Assembly (NCBI GenBank): GCA_051362555.1
Contig: CM120648.1
Location: 15,062,587-15,126,586, forward strand
Reading direction: 5' to 3'
DNA: 64,000 nt
Source of the DNA: Lingula anatina
Taxonomy: Eukaryota > Animalia > Brachiopoda
Shown here: one piece after another, positions 24,501 through 36,500 of the stretch
How positions within the stretch are numbered: position 1 is the first letter of the stretch
Layout: every line of letters starts with the position of its first letter
Translations under genes and position numbers: made by a program
The notes under the pieces: model-generated
Seen by the model: only the letters and a program-made list of their open reading frames with translations
Databases searched by the model: none
What the model was told of the DNA's origin: nothing

Positions 24501-27500
24501 TAATTATCTAAAAACATGGAATAAGAAGTATGTCAAAACCACACCACTAACGTGGGTATTTTAATACTAAATTTCATGAACAAATTGAATGGGTTTACAA
24601 AAAATTAAATGTTCACATCTTTGATTTTTATCTGCAATGTATTCACTCCATAATAAGACAGGATTTCACTTTAGATAATATACTACAGAATTTATGCCAT
24701 GCATCCTTATTAAGGAAAACTAGAAGCATGAAAAAAGATGAAAGATATTATGAAATTTAATCAGAAAAGATTTGTTGATATTTTGTACATACATGCATTC
24801 TAGTGAGATAAGAATACTTTCTATGAATAATGATAAAAACATGTCAATGAAAGACATGCCAGACTATATGGTGCTTAATGTAATAATAATGTGAAAAGAA
24901 CAATTTGTTATTATTGCATATATTTTTTTTATATACAGACGACAATTACTATGGATTATTTTAGTTTCAAAAGTGTGTATTGGTAAAATATAGTATTTAT
25001 TTCTAAAACTGTTTTTCGTGTGTATTATTAGAATAAATAAATGTGTAATCAGGTGTGTCAGAATCAATTAATTGACTGTCTTGTCTGAAGAACTGCTGCA
25101 TTACGTTATATTTGGGGATTTTAAATACTCTTTAGGCTGGTCTAGGTAAGACCATAGCAGAGCATAGTTCAGTAAGAAATAAGTATCAATATTTCTACAA
25201 CGCCTGTACACAATATTTTGATATTTTGCATACAGAAAGCGGATGCGTAAACTGATTGAAGCAAACCGTAAAAACATTGTTGCTATGCGCCAGAATGGCA
25301 CAAAAAAGATAAACATCGTCTGACAGATTATTGTGTCGCAATGAACGCTCCGCACAGGCTTAAGGAGGTAGGCCCAGATTAGTGTACGTAAACATCCAGG
25401 ACTTACCAACGGGAAACAGGATGCAATATACTTACGGTTTTGCTGTTATAAATAAAATGACTAGCAGTTTCCTTCAGAATGAGGGGTAAAATGTTACCAT
25501 AACGTTTTCAATGCCATTGTAAACGCCAGACTGGTGTTAGCAGGTCGGCATACCAGGCGACCTCTAGTAACCATCTGTGATCAGCGCAACATCGTCAACT
25601 AATTTTGCACTGAGTTGGGAACCATCTTAAAACGTTAAAACGTTTCTGGGCACAACATTGAAAATGTGGTTTTCACTTATGAAGTCAAATTTTATCTGTA
25701 CTCCCAAAGTGGTCAAATAAGAGTTCGCGGACATGCCGAAGAGGCCTACAACTTAGCGGGTGTCGCTCCCACAGCAACTTGTGGCGGTGGGAGCATTTAC
25801 ATTTGGGACAGAACTCACGTTGGTGCAGCTACCGCGACCATCAAGATTGCCAGATGTATAGCTTTTACACAATGTGTGGGTAGCCAGTATTCAACGGCCA
25901 ACTGGTACTACAACAAATACATGTACCCTGTATGAACAAAATTGAACAAGCTCCGATCAATAATCGGAATATTTTTCCAGTTCAAATTCCAAGAAACTTG
26001 TCAGAAGGAATACCTTGCCCTAGTAGCATTCATCGATTCGATCCACATCTACCGCCTTGTGGCCAGGCACTAACAGCTTTAAACAGGGAACCAGTCCTGG
26101 ATGCGTTAGTTCCTTTCCCCATCTTTTGTTATGAGACGACCCCTGGTTTTACGTCATCTCGCTCAAAGAATGTCGGTATCTCAAAACGATAAACTCGACA
26201 TCTCAAAATGATAAAACAACTTTGAAGAAAATAATTTTCTCTCAGCGACTTACATAAAACAATTTTTCTCAAATTGATGAAAGTGACCATCTCAAAGTGT
26301 TAGCACCTTGCAAAAATGTTTCTTGTCAAATGATCCTTTCATGATTTTTGTACAAACGGCGCTACATATTCAAGTTAATTAATCGTTGGACCTAGTAGTC
26401 CGCAGTTCTACTTATTTTGAATGCACCCTCTGTCCAGTGAGACATTACAAAGTATTGGTAAAGACTATTGTGGGTTAAGATAGGCGTTTAATTATTCACA
26501 GTTAATAAAGATGGGTGAATTGAACGGACATAGGGAGCATTCACAACGAAAAGAGCCGAGGTCTAGTAAGGCCGAGACCCGCGGAGAGCCGTATTAGAGG
26601 CGGAGAGACAATATTACAGGATTAAGCGGTTTTCCGTTCATGTAGGTCCGCCATATTTAGGCCGCGGCCTTATTAGATCTCGGCTCTCCTCGATGTGAAT
26701 GCTCCCATAATCTTACCTCAAACAACAGACTTTCCGTTTTCAGACTGGCTAAGACAAACTCTCCCACATCCATAATGTCATAAGTGCTATATATAAATAT
26801 ATATAAAAATGAATGGTTAAATAATCCGTTTCACCTGTTCTATACCCAATACCACATATCATGGAATTAAATTGAGTAGCACCTGTGCGTTTTTAGTTTT
26901 CCATGTTCTGTATATAATCATTTTAAATTCCATTCCTAATAGACACACATCATTCAGATTACTAACATACTTTAATTCACAATTTTGGCATCAAATAGTT
27001 TATTATATTTTAAGAGAGGCGATACCGCCTCTGGATATTGTACCACCAGCTGGAGCAAGCACATTCATATGGACCCCCCCCCCCCCTCAAAGGGACACCA
27101 CCACCAATCTTGTGCTTGACAAGCTTTATAAAATCAAGGAGTTATAACAGAAGGAGATTACACGCGTGGGGGCGGATCCCGTATTACGGTCTCTCATTGG
27201 TCGGAATGAATAGAACCCAGAGAACAACGGGTTCCTATCTCTGTTACGCTTTCTGTTACTCTCGTTTAAATCTCGTTTGTCAGAAATTAGTGCCTTCGTC
27301 TGTCATTTGGAGAGGGCAAAAACAGAAACGCAGTCAAAAGTTTCTTAAAATGAGAGAATTACAGAGTGCAGAGGATATAACGTTGGAAAAGGTTTTCAAA
27401 AAACAGGTAAGTGCTTTTAAATGCATAACTACAGGAAATATGAAGATAAATTGCAACTTTTATGCCGTAGGGTCTCACTGTGTAAGTGTCCAGCTACACG

Positions 27501-30500
27501 TTGATCTCGTGAGGTGGTGTGTGGAAAATAAATATTGCACGAAAAATATTTCCCACTCATAACAAGTGCCTATAAATATAGTATCAGATGAAGAAAGTTT
27601 GGTCTTTATACAGTTGCAATTGTTATGTAATTTGTGGCAATAGCAAAGAATAAAACTTAGGTGCACTTTCAGTAGCCGAATAACAAGCAGATGCTTAAGC
27701 CGCCATCTTGTTTATGTTTCGAAAAAAAAAATAACTCCAAAAGACATTTTCCTCCTACTTTTTGATACTTGTGTCACATGCCAGTCATAAAATTTAACTA
27801 ATTGTTATGTGTGCAATACACTTTCTTGAGCAGTATTGTTGTTTTTTTTCGATTTTATATGTGGTCTAGCTTGAATACGACAAGGGACAATTTTCACGAG
27901 TCCAGATCAAAAAGTGTTACGCTTGTTACGGCCAAAAGCCTATTCGTTTTTTGTACTTTTCAAATGCGTGATGTTTAGATTCTTGAACATCTTGGTCGTG
28001 GCTTGGTATATATTGCATGGGTACTGCTTCAATATTTCTTTAAAAAAATAACCTGATTTGTTCAGAATACCAATTTTTTACTTTAGTGTTATGGGTAAAT
28101 GTACCATTTTTGTCTTTACCGTTTTCGTGTTTAAAACTAAAAAGACTTATCATGACAGTTGGTCATCATTTTTCTTCTCACCATGGTGGGTGGCTTTGGA
28201 GTGGTAACTTCGTTGTTAAAGTAAGGTGCTCAGTTACCGTGTAGCTATTTAGTCCCCGGTCACTTTAATAGCACACGCACGTGCGAACGTGCGTGTGCCC
28301 CCGACAGTGTTAATGATAGGGGGATTACGATAGACAGCGCAAGTCACTCACAGCGGGAGTCACTATCGCCGCTGTTAGGCCGGTAATTAAGTCTTTAACC
28401 TGACTAAACATGTTTTGCTTTGTAACTTGCGTCCTTCAGTCTTGCTGTTGCGGAAGCACCGGCGGGACATATCTCCACCTTGCCGATATTTATCCCGACT
28501 CCCGACTTTAAAAGTATTATTGGTTTTGATTTTATCAAAGTCTTATTGTATCAGAAAACCTGCATATTTTCATACGTTAAGAGAATTATAGAAACTGTAG
28601 AAAAAGCTATTCGTACATCAGGGATAGAAAACAAGACCTTGCAGCACTATTATCTATTATTCATCACCAGAAGTTCCTGTTTCACTTTTTTTCTCCCTAA
28701 TTACAAAGTCTGATGACAACTGAAAGGTTTTAGCCATACCTCAGGGCAGTGAGAGATAGTCTGGATTTGATTAAAAGTAATAAAAATATATTTTGAAGAA
28801 TTTTCCTAGCCTTCGGCAATTTTGACTGGAAAAGTTTTGCCTCCACCCAGCATTTTCCATCATGGCGGTCTAATAGGAAGTTTGACTTCACAGTGTCTTT
28901 GGTATAGTTATTTTTAACTTATTTAGTCTTCTTTTTACATATATATGTTTTGATTCATATTAAACCTTAGAAAAAAGAACACATATGAATCCTGGTGCTT
29001 CTTAATTTAAAGTCTAAAGGTTTTAAGTACACCTAGGCTCCACCAATTACTTTACCTGTTATCTCACTACACATCTCCCTTTGAGTCAAGGTGTGTAAGA
29101 CACACCTTATTGTGTAAGACACCTCTATAATTAAGCGGACCTTGCTTCTCTACTGTAATTATACTTCACTACTTTGGCATGTCAGGTGGCAAACTTGGAT
29201 GTTTCAGCTCATTTTATGAAAGAAGCTTTGCCTTGGTGGTTACAAAAGAATAGAACTCTCTTAAGGTTTATTCATTACTTGAAAGTAAATATTTCATCTT
29301 GCATTGTTGAAACAGAAATTCTCTCAAAATTGATAACGAATTTGACATGCATATCTTAACACTACTCAGTTTTTTCTTCTATTATAGATATGGGAGAAGG
29401 CTGCATTGAATATATGAATTATGGTCAGGCTCTAAAAAATCGAAAAATGTCAATGAAAAAAGGAGGTCAGTGTGTCTGGGGTAAGTTACTTTTGTCGTAA
29501 TGCCTACGATGCATTAAACATTCACAAATAACAGTACCCTTTTTATTATTTTTCGTTCAAAATACATCAGCCTTTGTCATTTTCCTTTTAGCAACCAGTC
29601 TCTCTGAAATCCCCTTTTTGTCCTGTCAGAATAGTAGGAACCAGGGCGGATTTAAATTATTTCTTGTAGTAAGTACAATTTCTTGGGGTTATTAGACTGT
29701 GATCATGAATATTGATGTTCTATATAAATTTAGTTGTAAATTGCTCATTTATGTGGTGAACATTATTTCAGTCAAGTCATAACATATTTAACTTCACTGC
29801 GTAATTCCATAATGTCTACATGAATACTAGTAGTTCATGCTATTATTGTTTTTTTTCTAACCTACAGGTTTTTCTCTTTTCCGAGTGGCATGGCATTGGC
29901 AAGACAGAAGAAAAGGCCCTGAAGAAATTCTCACTTAAGTTGTCCCTTTTGGAGAAGAAACTGGATAAGACTGACCAACAGAGATTGCATTAAATTATTA
30001 GTGCTCCTTCATGACATTTAAAATATTTTCAGTCATGTTACTGTCACGTGGAAAAAAATTCATTGTTGAGTGCCATGGTATAACAGTCTACCTGATTGCC
30101 AGTAAAATTTGGATGGTTTCAGTGAAATGTTTTTAAAGCAGTCACTTACTGGCCCAGTTATTTTTTTTCAGCTGTAACATTTACTCCAGTTCATTTAATA
30201 AATATTCTGACTAAGTGTTGGCTTGATCTATAATAACCTTTCGAAAATCCCATGTTTTTGATCCTATTTGTAAGAATTAGCCCATTTATCTTCTAGGATT
30301 TTTTTCATTCGGCCCATTAGATTCTCAGATCTTGCTGGCCTGTGAGACTGGTGTAAGCAAGTCAGATAAAAAAAGAATATTTCTATTTGCACGGTTAAAA
30401 CAAAAGCCAACATAGACTGCATAAAACTGGAAAACTGTAGCAACTTAATCATTCTTATGACTTCATTAATTACTGCTTACGTGTAAAATTTTGTTTTTGG

Positions 30501-33500
30501 TTTTGTTCTTCTACGATATAATGAAATGGTTTTACTCACAGATGCTACCATCATGCACGAGTATAGAGTTGACTTAAAAGATATTTTAAGTTAATATACT
30601 AAATAATAGTTGGAAATTCTATATTCTCATCTTTATTTGTTTCACTTTAAAGAGCTCTGTTAATCCTAAAATTCCTGATTTATTTTGTACATAAATATAT
30701 TTATGAATGAATAAAAATTATTCTTAATATGTAGCATTGTGCACTTGTTTACCTACAAATATGAACAGTGTCAGTATGCGTCAATATAATCCTGAAAAAA
30801 GAGAGATTTCCAAGATAAAGAAATTTATAACGAGTATTCAGTAAACTGACATGTCGTGCCATTGCCTCAGCCTTTTATTAAAATTTTACTTTCATGCATT
30901 ATAATATTAAAATTATACCGAGTGAGAGAATAATACTTTAAGAAATTTAAAACCAGTCACAAAGCTTAGGCACTGTCACAATGTAGATGTCTATGGGACC
31001 TAAGGGCAGGAGTTTATGTATTAATATTATGTCCTTTGGCAGTGAGGACAGACGTTCACTTGAATGTCATTTTCACAAACCACAGTTGGGACGTTTTCTT
31101 TTGACTTATCCTTGGTGATTTTTCACTGGGTTGTGCAAAAAAAAAAAAAAAAAAAAAAGCCATCTATCACCGACTCAAAAACACTCATGGCGACCATCCT
31201 CAGTCACCACCTTATAATCGCTTTCTATGATATCGTTCCCTTCTAACACATCGTCCAAATAATTACCTGTGAAAAAAATCGTCAGCATACAGCGCCCTTT
31301 GACACTACTGATCTCGAACTCTAACGCGAAATGACGCATATGAAATTAATCTCCAAGCTGGGGAGAGCGACGCAGACGAAACCTTGAGACAGGAGCCCCC
31401 CCCCGTAGCTAGCTCCGCCCACCGTAACAGACATCGGACAATAGAGAGGCTTGCGTGTAATCTCCTTCTGTTATAACTCCTTGATAAAATGCAATCAACA
31501 AAAGTTCTTATTAAAGTTAAAATGTGCAAAAAAAAAAAGCTAAAAATGGTACAATCAAGCAGATTTTTTAATTGACCTGCATTTTCCTAACATTGATCAC
31601 TCCTGTGTTTCTCTATTGGCTTTCCTTGAAATGTGTTGTCACTGTTGCATATATGCTAACAAAAGGGAAAACCTAGGGGCAACACTGGAAACATCTGCTA
31701 GTTTTGAAGATATGAGCGGCAAAAAATATGCAAAGCTCAGTTCATGGAGAAAAAGTGGGTCAAAGGTCAATTTCAATATCACAGTATATGAATTTCTATT
31801 CAAGTTCAATAGTAACCATAGGCATTTCTTTGTCAATTTTGGAGATTTAAAGGCCAGAAAACATGCAAAGTACAGTCCATCATAAAAAAGGTCAAAGGTC
31901 AATTTCAAGATCACAGTAAGATTGCCATTATATGGCTTTCATTCAAGTTTAATAGCAACTTTGGGTGTATCTCTGCCAATTGTAGAGATATTTATAAGCA
32001 CTAAAATTTGCTTCAGTTTATGGTGAAAATTAGGTCAAACGTCAATTTGGGGTCACAGTAAGATTGCCAGACTATGACTTCCTATTCAAGTTTTATAGTA
32101 ACTATGGGCATATCTTTGCCAGTTTTGGAGATATAAAGATCAGAAAAGGGAAAGAAATTAGCAGAAATTAGTTCAGTTCATGATAAAAAGAAGGTCAAAG
32201 GTCAATTTTAAGGTCACCCTTAGATTGCCAATATATGACTTCCTATTCAAGTTCAATGGTAAATATGGACCTATCTCTGCCAGTTCTGGAGATAAAAAGG
32301 AATGGAATTTTGCAAAATTCAGTTCATGGTAAAAATTAGGTCAAATGTCAATTTTAGGGTCAGTTAAATTGCCCCTAATGACTTCTCATTCAAATTCAAT
32401 AGTTACTATGGGCGTATCTTTGCCAGTTTTGAAAGCATAAGCATTTAAAAAGTTGAAAAGTTCAGTTTATGGTGAAAAGTAGGTCAAAGGTCAATTTTAA
32501 GGTCACAGTTAGATTGCCAATATATGACTTCCTATTCAAGTTTAATAGTAACTATGGACATTTCTTTGTCAGTTTTGGAGATATAGGGGACTTAAAGGTA
32601 CATACGAACCGAGCATCATTGGAGCGTGGATTCCCAGTAACACATGTAAACCACTTCTACTAGATTCTTATATGACTCAAATAAATTCGACATGCCAAGG
32701 GATAAACTGAATAGATCACTCGATCAGCCATAAAAGACCTTTATACTACTCCTTTCTTAAAATTTATGGTTGTAAACTTAACCTACATTCGTGACCTACT
32801 TTCCTGTCCCATTGACATACAGCTTAGAATGCCAGCAGAAAAATCCGTTCAAACATCATTTTCGGGTAAAATTAAACAATGCCTTTTGGTAATTCTCTTA
32901 GTTATACTACTTGAAATGCTGGCATTTGGTTGGTTTTTGTGACAAAAAATTGACTTTGTATGCGTCTTTAAGGAGGCTCTCTCATGTCAGATTTCATATT
33001 TGTGCCAAACGATTTTGATTAAAATTGTAAGACAAAATCTTCTTACCATACGAGTAAAAAAATGAGAAAAAAATTGGGGGTATTCCAGCTCGTTTTCGAG
33101 AGGTGGCGTCCCGTAAAACGCTACGTTTATTACATTGCGTTATATGGGGATTTTGCCAAAATGCCCTTAATTTTGCTGAAAAAATGCAAAAATAAAAATT
33201 CTGCCCTAGCGATTTTAATTTTATGTGAATATGTTATAGATCTTGGTAGACATCAAGAAAATTTACAAAAAAATATGTACCACACCATGCTTGTTTTTGA
33301 GCCAGGGCTGCTTGAACATGTAAATTATATTTATACTTCTCTGCATCAGCTAATCAAATTTCATAAAGTTTGTTTCTCCCATTCATAATAAATAGATATT
33401 CAAATGTTGAAAGTATCAGTTGGATTTCAGTATGGTTCATGGAATGCCGCCTTGTGACTTTTATCTTCCTATTCCTTTTTTCTTACTGGTTTATACATTT

Positions 33501-36500
33501 TTAACATTGAGATAGCTGGATAGATTGTTTGCTTTGTATATTTCAATATACATTGTTTAAACAATGTATCAATTTCTTACTACTGGTACGTTACATGTAG
33601 CCATATTTCTTGACTTTGGAAACTAGGTGGCAAAAGTCAGAATATTCATCTAAAGACATTTTTTGGTTATCAGTTTATTTCGATTTCATATTATATTTAC
33701 AACATGAAATCAAATAAATATCAATAATAAATATACATACTTATTAAAAATTTAGGCATTAAAGACATCCTACATGCATTATTCTTATTACTTTATACAT
33801 TTTGTTCCTCTTTTTTGTGTTTAGATTGATTTCACATAGAAGACAATAAAGACCATCTAGGCCTCTTTGAAATGACATGTGCAAATGCTGATATATTAAC
33901 CACGGCATCTTGATTTCCCCCCTAAACATGAAGAAATTATTTTTATAAACTAGGTATTATATAGAATTTGCTAAAGGTTGGACAATGGATTTAGTAAATT
34001 GAATGGGATGAAATGAAAAATCAAATAACAGGGATCTTCCTGGGTCAATATCTGGCTGGGCCATTTTTGAAAAATGTGTGCCGTGAATTTTTTTGTGATA
34101 ATTCATTATGTTTCAATATCATTTTTTTTAAATTTTAATCATATCAATATTAAAAACACCGAAAAAAAGGCTTGGTGCTACTAGTCTTATCGCGCGGTCC
34201 AGGATTATGAGATCAAAAGATTTTCTGCTCTTTATTATTGCATACATCAACTAAATTTTTTGACTCAAGACAATATTTTAATACATTATGGGCTGAATAA
34301 TTTCTGTAAAGTTATTTACAAACTAAATTGTTAATGATAGGTAAATTTGGATAAAACTGGAATGAAGTATAATTTATCTTCTAAAATATACTGTTTATTT
34401 TCCCAGCATAAAAAAAGTATTTCATGTATTTGCATAAAAAACCCTTGGTCCTCTGTTGTGTTTTATGGTTTTGTCCATTTGCACTTTAACAAAACCATTA
34501 CAAGAATGACAACGCAACACGCAGGGTGGGTGCACACCTACATGTATTGCATCTTTCCAGGAGAGGTAAAAATCGCACTGTTTACAGGTAATATTGATCA
34601 ATAACATACTTAAAATAATAATAATAATAAATAATAAAAATGAAAAATAACGTCATGAGTCTAATTATTTTAACTAATTGTGAGAGAAAAGAGACTTGTT
34701 TTCAGCATACAAATCACCGCAACCTGCATGGGTGATTGGAAAAAAATGCTGAAGTAGACAATGTCTTTCTACACACATCGTAACCATATGACAAATCTTA
34801 GCAATACACTTTGCGGTCAAAATGCAAGCCCTTGTGAATGTTTTCTGTGAGATAAGATCATGTCAAGCCTTACTAAAACGCTCTTTTCAATTCCTTCTTC
34901 GCGTAATTTCGTACATTGCGGTATTTGTAAAAAAAGTCGCAAGTAGGTACTTTACGTCGTAAAAGACCAAACGTTCACTGATACGCAACGCATTGTTGAC
35001 ATATTCGTAGTGCTTCGACCAAAATAACATCAAATATTTTATACAGATTTCTTAAAAGAATGAATTACGTATTTTATTGCATGTTATATTTTCATAAATA
35101 GCCGCTATCGCAAAAAACTACTCATGCGCGGAATCTGCGCAGATCGCAAAAAAAGCTTATGTATGAGAACGTCCTTAAATGTTGCAGTTCATGGCGAAAA
35201 GTAGGTCAAAGGTCAATTTTAAGGTCACAGTTATATTGCCAGTTTATGACGTCCTATTCAAGTTCAATAGTAACTGTGACGGGTGACACTTCATGCAAAA
35301 GAGAAGACTGTATTTGTACTCATACGGTTGATTTATTGTCTCTTTACACAAACTTGTGTGACGATACTTATGTGTGTATGGTTCAAATCTGTAAAATAAA
35401 ATAAGATAAAAAAATGCTTAAATAACTGACAAAACCCTAGAGCACATTTTATATAGATATATAGTCCTTTACAGTAACTATGGGCATTTCTTTGTCAATT
35501 TTGGAGATATGAGGGACTTAAAGATGCATACAAAGTCAATTTTTTGTCACAAAAACCAACCAAATGCCAGCATATAGTTTCAAGTAGTATAACTAAGAGA
35601 ATTACCAAAAGGCATTGTTTAATTTTACCCGAAAATGATGTTTGAACGGATTTTTCTGCTGGCATTCTAAGCTGTATGTCAATGGGGCAGGAAAGTAGGT
35701 CACGAAAGTAGGTTAAATTTACAACCATAAATTTAAAGAAAGGAGCAGTCTAAAGGTCTTTTATGGCTGAATGAGTGATCTATTCAGTTTATCCCTTGGC
35801 ATGTCGAATTTATTTGAGTCCTATAAGAATCTAGTAGAAGTGGTTTACATGTGTTACTGGGAATCCACGCTCCACCAATGCTCGGTTCGTATGTACCTTT
35901 AAATGTTGCAAAGTTCAGTTTATGGTGAAAAGTAGGTCAGTTTCAATTTTAATGTCACAGTAAGATTGCCAATATATTACTTCCTATTCAAGTTCAATAG
36001 TAACTATGGGCATTTCTTTGTCAGTTTTGGAGATATAAGGGACTTAAGAGATTAAATGTTATAATTTTGGAGTTACAATAATGTGCCATAAAATTTCGTA
36101 CAAAAAAAATAATTGAAATAAAGAAAAGGTCATTTTGGTTGAAATTCTTGAAATTGGAGGTGCTCAGAAGTTCCAGATGTTCAAATTTCATGTAATGATG
36201 CCATTTTTGACTAGAAGTTGTCTGCCTCACCAAGCCTTATGTTTTATTTCCCCGGGGTTCAAAATTTATTACACGTTACCGTATTGCACATTTTGCTTTC
36301 ACCACCACGATGTATCTTTTGATACAGCATAACTCGTAATCCGTTTGGACATAAAGAAAAACGGAGACCATTTTCAGTGTTGGGCTTGACATGCTCTACA
36401 AAATGCAAAAAAAATAGGTCTCTAGCATTAACGTCTCCCGAATTAGAGACAATTTTCAGTTTCGGTATCTTATGGCCGCTACTCCCGTGAAAATGCACCG

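Noticed and set aside
21400-26160. Diverged inverted duplicate pair as a novel gene or further GT92 pieces
   Set aside because: Both resolve to Tc1 transposase relics through the WPxxSPDLNPIENxW-like motif.
27038-27562. 174-aa ORF
   Set aside because: It runs across the Helentron/P-element junction and through the TIR; a chance chimeric frame.
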